Part shown: positions 11,573 through 21,544 of the stretch, in pieces
Layout: every line of letters starts with the position of its first letter
Numbering within the stretch: the stretch's first letter is position 1
From: a virus
IMG/VR virus record: IMGVR_UViG_3300010400_000001
Coordinates: 64,001-128,000 of that record
Strand: one strand, 5' to 3'
DNA: 64,000 bases
Position numbers and translations under genes: made by a program
Notes under the pieces: generated by a model
The model's database searches: none
What the model was told of the DNA's origin: nothing
Seen by the model: only the letters and a program-made list of their open reading frames with translations

Positions 11573-12466
11573 ATGGACCACGTTCAGAAGTCATTCGACG
11601 ACGTAACTGCCGAATTTTCCTTGGCAAGGTCCAGGGACCAACAAGAACTCAAGGCTGCCTCGAGTGCCGCGGGAAGCCCCGGGAAGGTCCTAGCAACGCT
11701 CGCCCCGCTCGTTTCCGCGGCGTGCCCGGTCGACATCAGCGAAGCGGGTCTCGTGTCGCACCCGACCGTTTGGTACCGGGACTCCGAGCGTCGACTGAAG
11801 CTTTGTGGGCAATGCCCCCCGCACGGCGGCGCCTGCGCGGAGGACGAGACGTCGCTCCGTGTGGGCAAGGTGCCTACCTGGGAGGGCGAGGTACTCCGGG
11901 CGCTGCCGTGCGCGCGCTGGCAAGAGCATCGGGTGCGAGAGCGTCTGCGCGGGAGCGGCGTCCCCCGGGCGCTCCTGAACTCGACCTTCAGCGATTTCGA
12001 TCAGCCAACCGCGGGCTCGGAGCTCTCGAAGCTTCCGGAGTTCGTCTCGAGTCTGCTTCGGCACGAGCCCGGTTGGCTAGTCGTCACGGGTCCGCACGGC
12101 AGCGGCAAGACGCGTCTCTCGGTCGCGACGCTTCGAAGTCTCGTTACACGCGCGCCTCGAGCGCTGCTCTGGTACGCCGACGTCCCGTCAGTCCGTGCGT
12201 TCATGAAACAACGCTACGACTCGGACGAGACGATGGGCGATCCGTTCGAGCACGCGCGCATGGCCGACGTCACGGTGATCGACAATCTCGATCCGCAGAA
12301 AGCCGGAACCGAATCCTGGTTCACAGAGCGGCTCGAGGCCGTACTGCGACAACGCTTTCTCGATGAGCGCGCGACGATCGTGACCACGCGCTCGACCACC
12401 GAAGAGCTCGCCAAACATTTTCGTTCGGTAACGTTCGACGAGGTCCCTGTTTGCAGCCTGCAGTAA
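11573..12466 (+). CDS. DnaC/IstB-like AAA+ helicase loader
   Basis: Walker A GPHGSGKT, Walker B-like VTVIDNL, RxxxxRATIVTT; preceded by a Cys cluster and SGVP...STFSDF. Confidence 0.8.
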   Translation: MDHVQKSFDDVTAEFSLARSRDQQELKAASSAAGSPGKVLATLAPLVSAACPVDISEAGLVSHPTVWYRDSERRLKLCGQCPPHGGACAEDETSLRVGKVPTWEGEVLRALPCARWQEHRVRERLRGSGVPRALLNSTFSDFDQPTAGSELSKLPEFVSSLLRHEPGWLVVTGPHGSGKTRLSVATLRSLVTRAPRALLWYADVPSVRAFMKQRYDSDETMGDPFEHARMADVTVIDNLDPQKAGTESWFTERLEAVLRQRFLDERATIVTTRSTTEELAKHFRSVTFDEVPVCSLQ

Positions 12467-13890
12467 AGCAACCCGCTGAGCTTCGGCCGCGAGAGGGTAG
12501 GCCGCCGCCGCTAGATCTCGACGCGGAGGCTGCGGTGCTGAGCACCGTGCTGCTCGTCCCAGCAGCGTTCGATGAAGTCGCCGGCGTGCTCCAGGCTCAC
12601 ATGTTTTACTCCGAGGCGAACAAACGCATCTTCGAAGCCGCGACCTCGCTCAGGCAAGCCGAGAGCGCGATCGATTTCGTGACGGTCGCCGCGTGGCTCA
12701 ATCGCGAAGGGAAACTCGCCGTCGTCGGTGGGACGCCGTATCTCACGATGCTGACGGACGAGACGCCGTTCGTGAACAACGTTCTCCACCACGCCGAGAT
12801 CGTGCGCGACCGATGGCAACTCCGCCGGCTCATCGTCGAGTGTCAGAATTACGCCGCGCTCGCATACACGTCGAGTGAGCCGGCGATCACGATCGTTCAA
12901 GCCGCGGAGGGCGCGATCGCCGAGCTCTCGGTGCACGGCGCCGGCAAAGACCTCGAGCACGTCGGCACGATCATCGAATCCGAAGTCGAAGTGCTCGCAA
13001 CGATCCAAACCGACGGCGTTCGTAATCACGGGACCGGGATCCCAACCGGCTTCGAAAATCTCGACGGGCTCATGGGCGGTCTCCATCGCGGCGACCTGTA
13101 CATCGTCGCTGGTCGCCCCGGCATGGGCAAATCGTCGCTCGCAAGAAACGTTGCCGTGAACGTAGCGCGCCCCCGCCGTCACGCAGTTGCATTCTTCACG
13201 CTCGAGATGCCGAAGAGCCAAGTCGCGATCGGTTTCGCATGCAGCGAGCGCGACGTCCGAATGGCGAACGTCAGAAAAAATGCACTTGGTCCAGACGAGT
13301 GGGAAAACTTCAAACTCGGCGCGCGCGAACTCGCGTCTTACCCGATTTGGATCGACGACACGCCGGCGCTCTCGCTCTTCGACATTCGGGCTCGCGTGCG
13401 AAAGCTGCAGCGAGACATAGCGGCCAAGCGGACGCCGGTCGAGTGTGAAGAACTCGGTCTCGTTGTCGTGGACTACTTGCAACTCATGCGCGGCGTCAGG
13501 AGCTACAACGACAATCGAGAGAACGAAGTGTCGAGCCTGAGCCGCGGACTGAAAGAGCTCGCCAAAAACTTCAACGTGCCCGTGATGGCGCTCAGCCAAC
13601 TCAATCGCTCCGTCGAAACGAAGCCGAAGAAAGATCGCCGTCCACAGCTTTCAGATCTCCGCGAGTCGGGAGCGATCGAGCAAGACGCCGACGCCGTCGG
13701 GTTCGTTTACCGACCGGAGTACTACGACAAGGAAGCGCGCAAGGGCGACGCCGAGTTCATCATCGCGAAACAGCGTAACGGCCCGCCAGGAACCGTCACG
13801 ATGCACTTCAAGGGCGACTCGATGCGCTTTTACGAACGAGCGCACGAGACCCTCGAAGAGCTCGAGTCCGACTTCATCGAAGACCGATGA
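12451..13890 (+). CDS. dnaB: Replicative DNA helicase DnaB
   Basis: PPLDLDAEAAVL N-terminus, AGRPGMGKS, FTLEM, VVVDYLQLM, LSQLNR, SDLRESGAIEQDAD, IIAKQRNGP. Confidence 0.97.
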   Translation: MQPAVKQPAELRPREGRPPPLDLDAEAAVLSTVLLVPAAFDEVAGVLQAHMFYSEANKRIFEAATSLRQAESAIDFVTVAAWLNREGKLAVVGGTPYLTMLTDETPFVNNVLHHAEIVRDRWQLRRLIVECQNYAALAYTSSEPAITIVQAAEGAIAELSVHGAGKDLEHVGTIIESEVEVLATIQTDGVRNHGTGIPTGFENLDGLMGGLHRGDLYIVAGRPGMGKSSLARNVAVNVARPRRHAVAFFTLEMPKSQVAIGFACSERDVRMANVRKNALGPDEWENFKLGARELASYPIWIDDTPALSLFDIRARVRKLQRDIAAKRTPVECEELGLVVVDYLQLMRGVRSYNDNRENEVSSLSRGLKELAKNFNVPVMALSQLNRSVETKPKKDRRPQLSDLRESGAIEQDADAVGFVYRPEYYDKEARKGDAEFIIAKQRNGPPGTVTMHFKGDSMRFYERAHETLEELESDFIEDR

Positions 13891-13954
13891 ATCCTGCCGT
13901 ACGCGCGATGGCGCTTGAGCCTGCCCGGGCCTGCCGCTAGTCTGTGACTCACCG

Positions 13955-15439
13955 ATGGCCAGGGACGACGTCACGCTCTACGACATCCCACCTGCGTTTC
14001 AGAAGCGGCTCCTGAAGTGGCTCGACAAGGGCGACGGCGTCCAGCTCACGGCGTATGCGGGAGGCTTCAACGTGCGGGCACTCGGTCCGTACGGCGAGCC
14101 GTTCACTGCGCGCACGTTCGAAGCGGCGCTCCTCGGCGCGATGAAGTCGCGCGCGGAGCAGCAGATCGATCCCGAGTTCGGTCGGCGCGTGCATGCGTGG
14201 CTCGAGGCGCATGACGCGGAGATGACCATCACGTCGCCGAAGACGAATCAGTTTCGTATGCGTCTCCTCGCGGACGACGGTCGCCTTGTCGCCGCCGCGA
14301 TCGACGAAGATCTCGAGGTCGCTCTCGTGTTCGCCGAAGATCAGTTTCTCGCGCTGCTAGGCGAAGAGCCGGAGGAAGAGCCCGAGACCAGTCCGGCTCG
14401 TACTCGTCATCGCGAAGAAGTCGAACCCGAGACGATCGCGGCAGAGACTCGAGCAGCAGAGACACGCGCCATGGATCCGAAAACGACGCGAACGCTCTTC
14501 GACGATCAGCTCACGATGCCCGCGCGCTACTCGCGCAATGCCGACATGCCGCCGCCCAGGCGCGGAGCGCGCCGCTCGCGCGAGCTTCCGAGCGTGCGTC
14601 GCATGGTCGAGCGCGAAGAAGCTCGGCAGCGCAGAGCCGAGCGTCCGTTCGATCCGGAAGCACCACGCGCGCACTACGCGAAGTCGCATCACTTCGCAGT
14701 GAACGAGTCGGGCTATGGCTACGGGCCAAGCGAGACCGGGCGCTACGTGCTGTTTCACGACAGTCGCGAGGTGATGCGCGGAACCGAAGCAGAGATCTGG
14801 AAAGAGCTCCCCCGGCACCCGTACAGCGTGGAGCACGCGCTTCGCCACGAGGGCTATCACATCGAGGCCGAGGTCCCGTCCATGGCGGTGAACTCGTCGT
14901 GGCCCGAGTACTACGAAGACGTCGTTGAGGAACTGAAGAAGCTCGGTCTTCGTCGCTCGGACGCTGACGACTACGCCTCGAAGATCCGCGCGAGCTGGTC
15001 AACGGCGCAATCGCCCGCGCGAGTCGCGCGCGAGATCAAAGCCATCGAGTCGGGCGAGCTTCGACAGAACCAAGAGCGCGACGTGCTTCGTGACGTGATG
15101 CTCGCCGACACGGGCTACCGACTCGTCGTCTGGGACACGCATCGCACGGATCATCGCGGGCAGACGGTCATGGGTTACGAGTTCTTCGAACCAGGCGAGC
15201 CCGAGCCTCTCTTCACCGGCGAAGACTTTGCGGGTTCGCCGATGCACGGGGATGATTCGGACGAGACCGTGCGATCTCTTCTCGGCTTTCTCACGCTCCG
15301 TCCGGGCGATACGGATCGCGAGTACTTCGACGCCTACACGCCGCGGCAGATGGCGTTTGCCGAGGGCGATGCCGAAGAGCTAGCAATGTTCGGCATGGAC
15401 GACCCAGAGTTCGACCCGCCGCCACTGGTCGATCGCTGA
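13955..15439 (+). CDS. Hypothetical multi-module protein (494 aa)
   Basis: Long ORF with acidic and low-complexity linkers separating small modules. Confidence 0.7.
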   Translation: MARDDVTLYDIPPAFQKRLLKWLDKGDGVQLTAYAGGFNVRALGPYGEPFTARTFEAALLGAMKSRAEQQIDPEFGRRVHAWLEAHDAEMTITSPKTNQFRMRLLADDGRLVAAAIDEDLEVALVFAEDQFLALLGEEPEEEPETSPARTRHREEVEPETIAAETRAAETRAMDPKTTRTLFDDQLTMPARYSRNADMPPPRRGARRSRELPSVRRMVEREEARQRRAERPFDPEAPRAHYAKSHHFAVNESGYGYGPSETGRYVLFHDSREVMRGTEAEIWKELPRHPYSVEHALRHEGYHIEAEVPSMAVNSSWPEYYEDVVEELKKLGLRRSDADDYASKIRASWSTAQSPARVAREIKAIESGELRQNQERDVLRDVMLADTGYRLVVWDTHRTDHRGQTVMGYEFFEPGEPEPLFTGEDFAGSPMHGDDSDETVRSLLGFLTLRPGDTDREYFDAYTPRQMAFAEGDAEELAMFGMDDPEFDPPPLVDR

Positions 15440-15506
15440 TCTGGCAGGATTAACGCCCCGGCGTTTCTCTAGACATGTACCCGGGGAGTCCTGTACTCTT
15501 TGGACC

Positions 15507-16025
15507 ATGCCGTTCACCGTCATCTCGTACCAAGACCCCACCTTTTTCGCGAATGCGTTCCCCCCGCCCGCAGTCGCGTTTCTGACCAAGGTAATCGAGA
15601 GTGCGGATCCGGAAGACATGCGAGTGCGCGTTGCCGCTGCGCTCGCGGAAGTCGTCGCGCTGAACGTGCTCATCGCCGCTGCGTTTCCGGATGACAACGA
15701 TCCGCAGCTCACGCTCACCGACTGCGACCTCGCCGGTGGCGGCGACGGTCATCCGTTCGTGTTCACGATGTTCTTCGTTCCGCAGACGGCGAACGTTCTG
15801 GCGGCGATCATCGACCTCACGCCAGGCGACATGGCGCCGCAAAATTTCCGGTTCGAGTTCGCGCTCGCCGGCGAAGGCGAAAAGCTCGATTCGGAAATCA
15901 ACGCCGCTCTCATCCGGGCCATCGGCGGCATCGACGCGACGATTCTTTTCCAGAACACGCGCGGCGCGGCCAAGGGCACGCGGTTCATGTTCTGCGTCGG
16001 CGGCTTGCCCGAAAACATCGGGTAG
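15507..16025 (+). CDS. Hypothetical protein; paralogue of the N-terminal domain of the collagen-like fibre (50168)
   Basis: TKVIESADPE / LAGGGDG / GAAKGTRFM match [10 protein letters not shown] / LAGAGDG / GASKGLLFM. Confidence 0.7.
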   Translation: MPFTVISYQDPTFFANAFPPPAVAFLTKVIESADPEDMRVRVAAALAEVVALNVLIAAAFPDDNDPQLTLTDCDLAGGGDGHPFVFTMFFVPQTANVLAAIIDLTPGDMAPQNFRFEFALAGEGEKLDSEINAALIRAIGGIDATILFQNTRGAAKGTRFMFCVGGLPENIG

Positions 16026-16035
16026 GTTCCCGTAA

Positions 16036-16063
16036 AAAACCGGAGGCATATCCCTCCGGTTTT
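16036..16063. terminator. Intrinsic terminator, possibly bidirectional
   Basis: AAAACCGGAGG-catatc-CCTCCGGTTTT hairpin right after the 16025 stop. Confidence 0.75.
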
Positions 16064-16104
16064 ATTCGGTTGAATCGCTCGCCCCCGTCCGTATCCTGGA
16101 CGGC

Positions 16105-17228
16105 ATGATCGAAGCCGAGCCGTTCGGTCCGTTTCCGCCGGGGACTCCGGAGCCACCGGCGCACGCGAAAACCATCGAGCTCGGTAACGACGAGGTGCTC
16201 GCGGCCGTGATGGCGTATGTCGGCCGCGAGAGGAATGAGCACTACCCGGGCTACGCTTTCTTGCAGGCCCAGGTCACGAGCGGCCCATCGCCTACCATCA
16301 CGCTGCGCGTGACTTACTGGAAGACCGAGGAAGCGGCGAAGTGAAGAGCGGCACCGCGCACTCTCTCGTCAGCGACGTGACCCCGTGGTGGTGGGCTCAG
16401 CACTGGGAGAAGCGACTGCCCGGCGTCGCGATGACGCTCGACCTCATCGCGGGACGCGAAGACATCGAGACGATCTCGATTTCGCGAGACGGCGTGAAGG
16501 TCACCGTGATGATCGAGGAGGACGAAGACGTGGGCCTGCTCCAGGCGCGCACGGAAGAGCTGCGCTGGAAGCTCGACGAACTCGTGGACGCGGAAGGAGG
16601 GGCGACGTGAGCTGCGACATTGATGGCTACAACGAATTCGAGTCCATCAGCTATCCGAGAGCGCGGAAGGAGCACGAGTGCTGCGCCTGCAAAGAAACGA
16701 TTCGTCGCGGCGATAAGTACGAGCGCATCGCGTTCAAATGGGACGGCGAATTCGAATGCCTCGTGCGGTGCCTTCGCTGCTGCGCCATCGCCGAGGCTTG
16801 TCATGCGCGCTTAGCGGATTGGAACGAGGAGGGCGTGGCGTACCGCCTGAACTGTGGGCACGAGTGGTCGGAGCGCTTTGAAGAAGAGCCCCCGCCCGAG
16901 GTCGCTCGGCTTGCGTTTCTGACTCCGGATGAGGCGCAGCGCGAACTCCTCAAGCCTCCGCTGCGGAAGAGCGATGAGTGAGACAGAGCGCAAGTGGGAG
17001 CTGATCTTCCTTGTCGCTCAGCACGACGGGCCGGGATGGCAACCCCCGTACATCATCGAGCGCGAGGCCTATCATCTGCCCGAGCACAAGTGCTGGAACG
17101 TCAACGTTCGTGAGCCCGGGTGTCGCTCGAGGATGATTCAGTCCGTGCCCGAGGAGCGGGTTTACCGGACGCGAGAAGCCGCGGAGGAGCGCTTGCGAGA
17201 AGTGGCCAAAGAGGAGCCGCGGGAGTGA
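16105..17228 (+). other. Four small hypothetical genes (16105-16344, 16341-16610, 16607-16981 Cys-rich, 16974-17228)
   Basis: Overlapping starts and stops; RARKEHECCAC...CLRC Zn-finger in the third. Confidence 0.65.
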
Positions 17229-17749
17229 TCTTCCTGCCGTGGGCGCTCGGCGTCGATCCTGGCTACCGGAATTTCGGCCTTGGGCTCATTACCCGCGACG
17301 CTCCGTCCGAGCCGTGGCGTGCCGTTCATGTGCAAACAGTACGCACGTCCTCGAAGCTCTCGTTTCATGAGCGCTCGGAAGTGATCTACGACGCCCTGGA
17401 GAGAGCCGTCGGGCAGCGCCTCGGCATCTCTAGTGGCGTCATTGGTTGCGAGAGCCAGATTGCGGCAGAGGGAAAGCGGCAACGCGGGCAGACGAGCTAC
17501 GAAGCGATGCTCGTGCAGCAGATCGTCGGCATCGTGCGGGCGATTGCCCTTCGTCACCGCATGCGATTCGAGGAGGTGCCGGTGACCGACGTGAAAGCGG
17601 TGCTCCGCGGCATCCCGCGCACGGCATCCAAGACGCAGGTCGCTCGTGCGACCCGCGCCGTCATCCGCGATTGTCCCGAGAAGATGTCTCCTCACGCCAC
17701 GGACGCTCTGGCCACTGCGCTGGCCGCAGCGAGGCGGTGCGTTCGATGA
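17225..17749 (+). CDS. ruvC: RuvC-like Holliday junction resolvase
   Basis: LGVDPG..NFGLG, IGCES, ASKTQV, HATDALATA motifs. Confidence 0.8.
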   Translation: MIFLPWALGVDPGYRNFGLGLITRDAPSEPWRAVHVQTVRTSSKLSFHERSEVIYDALERAVGQRLGISSGVIGCESQIAAEGKRQRGQTSYEAMLVQQIVGIVRAIALRHRMRFEEVPVTDVKAVLRGIPRTASKTQVARATRAVIRDCPEKMSPHATDALATALAAARRCVR

Positions 17750-18138
17750 CGTTAGAAGAGATCCCGGTGCTCTACCGGAACGTCTGGGCCATCTACGAGG
17801 CTCTCCGGCGCTTCGGTTTTTCCGATGACCAGATCCTGTACATCGCCGGCCCAGTCGTGCTCGTCACTGGCGAGGCTTATAGCGAGCCGTGGCTCTCCAT
17901 CGAGCTCCAGGCGCAGGGCACGACGTTCGTTGCCAACGTAGGGCCGCTCGATCGCGGGATCGACGAGGCCCGCGTGCTCTGGGAGAAGATCCGAGCTGGG
18001 ATCGGCGACCACTCGATTGAGGATGAGACGCTGCAGCGAATCTGGAAAGAGTCCGCAATGTCCGACGAGCGCGCCGTGCAGTCACTGGCGCTCGCGATCA
18101 TGAACCGAGGGATCGACATCCCGCTTCTCGCGAACTGA
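17746..18138 (+). CDS. Hypothetical protein
   Basis: ORF coupled to neighbours. Confidence 0.6.
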   Translation: MTLEEIPVLYRNVWAIYEALRRFGFSDDQILYIAGPVVLVTGEAYSEPWLSIELQAQGTTFVANVGPLDRGIDEARVLWEKIRAGIGDHSIEDETLQRIWKESAMSDERAVQSLALAIMNRGIDIPLLAN

Positions 18139-18521
18139 TGGCAGACGAGCCGAAAGAAAAACGCTGGCTCGTCGCCGATAAGCGTGGCGGCGCGTACGGC
18201 ACCGTGAGGGGGCCCAGTTGGTTTGCGGCCCGACAGAAAGCGGAGCTCCGGTGGCGTGTCCCGCTTGCCTATCTGGCGGCGCGCGAGCAGCCCGTGCTTC
18301 CCGGAGAAGATGGGACAGACGACACGTTGTTCCGGCTTCTTGGAATTAACTACAGAGTCTTTCCGTTGGACTGGGTGTTGGGGGTTACGGATGCGCAGCC
18401 GTCCCCGCTGCCCTCGCTGGTGTGGTTTCCCGAGTGCACGTTGAAGTTTCCCGAGCTACCGCTGCTCCAGAAACGAAAGCCACGGAAGAAACGAAAGCGA
18501 CGACAAAAACATGGCCGATAA
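18138..18521 (+). CDS. Hypothetical protein with basic C-terminal tail
   Basis: ORF coupled to neighbours; KRKPRKKRKRR. Confidence 0.55.
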   Translation: MADEPKEKRWLVADKRGGAYGTVRGPSWFAARQKAELRWRVPLAYLAAREQPVLPGEDGTDDTLFRLLGINYRVFPLDWVLGVTDAQPSPLPSLVWFPECTLKFPELPLLQKRKPRKKRKRRQKHGR

Positions 18522-18942
18522 CGTGAACCACCCTCCGCACTACACGGCGCACGCCTCCGGCCACGAGGCCGTCGACATCTGCGAGCACATGAACTTCAAC
18601 CTCGGAAACGCCGTGAAGTATCTCTGGCGTCACTCCCACAAGGGAGCGCCGAAGGAAGATCTCAAAAAGTGCGCGTGGTATCTCCGCCGAGAGCGGGAGC
18701 GACTCATGAAGCGCGGGCTCCTCCGGACGCTTGTCGACTGGATCCGCCAGCGACACTTGGACCCAGTCGTGCTCTCGGCGATCGAAGACGTCTACCGAGT
18801 CGACCCGGGGATCCTCGGACAGGTGCTCATGCATCTCGCCGAGATGCCGCCAGCGATCGAAGGCGCACTCGAGCTCGTCGAAGAATTCATTCGCATGCGC
18901 GAGCAGTCGGAGAAAACAGCGACAGAGGAAACGGTGAACTAA
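18511..18942 (+). CDS. DUF3310 (SaV-like, putative nucleotide kinase) protein
   Basis: DNVNHPPHY...EAVD...FNLGNAVKYLWR...KEDLKKCAWYL. Confidence 0.85.
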   Translation: MADNVNHPPHYTAHASGHEAVDICEHMNFNLGNAVKYLWRHSHKGAPKEDLKKCAWYLRRERERLMKRGLLRTLVDWIRQRHLDPVVLSAIEDVYRVDPGILGQVLMHLAEMPPAIEGALELVEEFIRMREQSEKTATEETVN

Positions 18943-19776
18943 ATGGTCAGAATTCTTACAGAGGAACCAGTCGTCGCGCTCATCGGTCAGATGGCGCTCT
19001 GCCCCGAGGGCGTGAACGAGATGGCGGAGTGGGTTCGTTCACGAAGACCTGAATGCATGCCTGATGATTACGATCCGGCGGACGACGGGCGCTGGCGCAC
19101 GCTTTTCCCTCACAATCACACCGCCTCGCTCAGTGGCAACGAGCTCCTAGTCGAGCTCTCCGGGAGAAAGTGTTACGACTCGTTTGGGCTCAAAGCTGGC
19201 AAGAAGACGAACGCCGAGTACATCGCGAACACGCAAGCAGGCGACGTGCCGCACGCGAGCATCATGTATCATGCGAAGATGAGCTTCTTCATCGCCGGCG
19301 TCTCGCGCCGCGTATCGCACGAGCTCATTCGGCACTACGTCGGCGCCGATCGAACCGAGGAGGGCTCGCCCTCGCAGGAGTCAACACGCTACGTCGAGCA
19401 CTCCGGGTGCTACGTCGCTCACCCGGCGATCTTGGATAACGCGGACGAGCTCGGCGAATTCCACGAATCGATGGCCGATAACTACAGGGACTATCGCCGC
19501 TACATCAACCGACGTAGCGACCATTTCGAAGCGGCGCACGGCAAGCGACCGACCGGCATGGATCGGAAACGCATCTTCGAGAGCGCGAGTCCGTACCTGT
19601 CGCATGCGTGCGAAACCTCGTTCGTGTGGACGACGAACCCGATTGCGCTCGCCAAGATGTTTCGCGAGCGCGACCACGAGGCGGCAGATCTCGAATACCT
19701 CCGTCTCGCGCGGAAGTGGAAGCGGTTCTGCAAGGCGACGTGGCCGGGACTCTTTCCGCAGCCTTGGATGGCGTAG
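18943..19776 (+). CDS. thyX: FAD-dependent thymidylate synthase ThyX
   Basis: GRKCYDS, HASI, GVSRRVSHELIRH, SQESTRY. The spacing between RH and SQES is longer than the canonical RHRx7S. Confidence 0.85.
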   Translation: MVRILTEEPVVALIGQMALCPEGVNEMAEWVRSRRPECMPDDYDPADDGRWRTLFPHNHTASLSGNELLVELSGRKCYDSFGLKAGKKTNAEYIANTQAGDVPHASIMYHAKMSFFIAGVSRRVSHELIRHYVGADRTEEGSPSQESTRYVEHSGCYVAHPAILDNADELGEFHESMADNYRDYRRYINRRSDHFEAAHGKRPTGMDRKRIFESASPYLSHACETSFVWTTNPIALAKMFRERDHEAADLEYLRLARKWKRFCKATWPGLFPQPWMA

Positions 19777-19787
19777 CCAAGGTGACC

Positions 19788-20336
19788 ATGAGCGCAGAAG
19801 ACGCCGCCGGCATGTACGCGGGTCGTCCGGTGACGATCCAGCGCTGGCCCGTTCTCGAGCGGAAGGTCGACGACGACGGGAAGGTCGTGAGATCGCCCGA
19901 CGGATACATTCGCACCAAAAATCCACTCGAGGAGCGGCAGGTCCGTCTCGTCGAGTTTCCGGGCCCCTCGCGAGTCACCGTGCACTTCATTCTCGGCGAC
20001 TTCCGGAACTTCAGTCTCCGGAGCGGCCGTGGCGTTCGAATGCCCGACTGGGTGCTCTCGAAAGAGTCCCTGAAGGAGCTCCGGAAGCTCGCAAAGGAGA
20101 TCTTCCCGAAGATGCACCAGGCCGGCTATTGCGCCGCCTGCGAGCATCATCATTCGGGACCGGAGCTCGCCAACATCTGCGTCGGCTGTCCGTGTCCGAG
20201 GCGCGGGCCGTTCAAGCGCGAAGTCGACGACGCCGTGGTGCGAGCGATCGACGGAAAGCCCGCGAACGACCTAGCGGCGATGCCCGATGGTGATGCTCCC
20301 GAGTCCGAGGCCGAACACGAGATCGAGGAGCCATAG
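19788..20336 (+). CDS. Hypothetical protein with Cys/His cluster
   Basis: ORF; CAACEH...CVGCPC. Confidence 0.6.
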   Translation: MSAEDAAGMYAGRPVTIQRWPVLERKVDDDGKVVRSPDGYIRTKNPLEERQVRLVEFPGPSRVTVHFILGDFRNFSLRSGRGVRMPDWVLSKESLKELRKLAKEIFPKMHQAGYCAACEHHHSGPELANICVGCPCPRRGPFKREVDDAVVRAIDGKPANDLAAMPDGDAPESEAEHEIEEP

Positions 20337-20462
20337 GCACACCGCGACGATGACGACGACGCGGATGATCTTTGCAATCGTCGCGTCGATCGGAAATTGG
20401 CCAAGTCCCCAGAGCAAGAGCCCGACGATGGCCAGGATGACCACTACATGAATTAATGGCAT
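20271..20462 (-). CDS. Small two-TM membrane protein (Thivi_2564-like)
   Basis: MPLIHVVVILAIVGLLLW...KIIRVVVIVAVCLWLL; SD AGGAG upstream; lone minus-strand gene in this block. Confidence 0.75.
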   Translation of the reverse strand: MPLIHVVVILAIVGLLLWGLGQFPIDATIAKIIRVVVIVAVCLWLLDLVFGLGLGSITIGHRR

Positions 20463-20512
20463 GTTCTCTCCTGAGTCGTCAGTGTATCATGTGAGCGAAA
20501 GGGCAGAACGCG

Positions 20513-21064
20513 ATGGCTCAGGATGACGACTTCGAGCAGGCCCTCGAAGCTCTTGCGCGAGTCGAGGGGAAAACCGTTGCCGAGCTGAAGCACGAGATGC
20601 TTCGCGAACGCGTCATGGGAGCGAGACAAAAAGACCCAGCGCCGGCCGCGATCGTTCCAAGCACCGGCGACGCAAGTGCGCCGCTCGCGCGCGTACGGCG
20701 AGACGCGATCGACCGACATCAGCGCCAGGAGTATCCCGGAAGCCCCGTCGTGCGTTACGGGCGCGACCCCTACGGCGAGACGGCCGAAGAGGCCCAAGAG
20801 CGCTGGCTCGAGGAGGAGGCCATGCTCCCGGACGGGGTACACGGGCTCGGTGGCCAGTCTGCCGGCGGCATTTTCGGAGGCGGGGCCATCGCGACGAGCA
20901 TTTACGATCCGGAAGCCATGGGCCGTGCAGACAGCCGCGCCGGCCAACTGGTCAACGCCAAGCTCCTCCAAGTCATCGAACGCCTTGAGCGCCGCCTGCC
21001 CCCCGCTGAGGACGAGCGACCGAGCCTGCCGCGCGGCAGCGACCGCCGGCGCCTCGGGCGCTAA
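20513..21064 (+). CDS. Hypothetical protein
   Basis: Clean ORF; TATCAT box upstream. Confidence 0.65.
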   Translation: MAQDDDFEQALEALARVEGKTVAELKHEMLRERVMGARQKDPAPAAIVPSTGDASAPLARVRRDAIDRHQRQEYPGSPVVRYGRDPYGETAEEAQERWLEEEAMLPDGVHGLGGQSAGGIFGGGAIATSIYDPEAMGRADSRAGQLVNAKLLQVIERLERRLPPAEDERPSLPRGSDRRRLGR

Positions 21065-21073
21065 GCAAGCGCC

Positions 21074-21544
21074 GTGCCAGAACACGTTTCACGTGAAACG
21101 TTCCACGCGGCGGGAACGCTGATTCTCGCGGAAACTAGCGGCCGCGTTCTGCTCCTAGACCGGTCCGACGGGGGCGGCTGGAGTCATCCCGGTGGATGGG
21201 CGGAAGAGGGCGAAACACCAGAGGAAACGGCGATTCGGGAGCTCTACGAGGAGACGGGGCTGCCGGCGATTCTGACGGAGCCCGTCCTGTCATTCTCGCT
21301 CGCCGTAAATGCGGACGGGGTAGTTTTTGTGCCGCCAGCCGACATGTCGCTTCGTGCCGTGTCACTGGTTTACGACCTCTTCGTGGTTACCGTGCGGGAG
21401 GAGTTCGTGCCAGACTTGAACGACGAGCATCGCGACTGGGCATGGGCGGACGCTGCGGCTCCCGGAAAACGGCTGCACCCCGGATGCGCCGTGGCGCTAG
21501 AGTGGATTCAGATGCTCGCAAAAGAGAGAGCCAAATGTCCGTAA
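21074..21544 (+). CDS. Nudix hydrolase
   Basis: Nudix box PGGWAEEGETPEETAIRELYEETG; LNDEH..WAW. Confidence 0.92.
   Translation: MPEHVSRETFHAAGTLILAETSGRVLLLDRSDGGGWSHPGGWAEEGETPEETAIRELYEETGLPAILTEPVLSFSLAVNADGVVFVPPADMSLRAVSLVYDLFVVTVREEFVPDLNDEHRDWAWADAAAPGKRLHPGCAVALEWIQMLAKERAKCP

Noticed and set aside
12511-13599. Long antisense ORF over dnaB, and many similar antisense or alternate-frame ORFs across the window
   Set aside because: Expected stop-poor shadow frames in high-GC coding DNA.
17225-17749. Second RNA-guided RuvC effector
   Set aside because: Size and motifs match a stand-alone Holliday junction resolvase, with no adjacent repeats.
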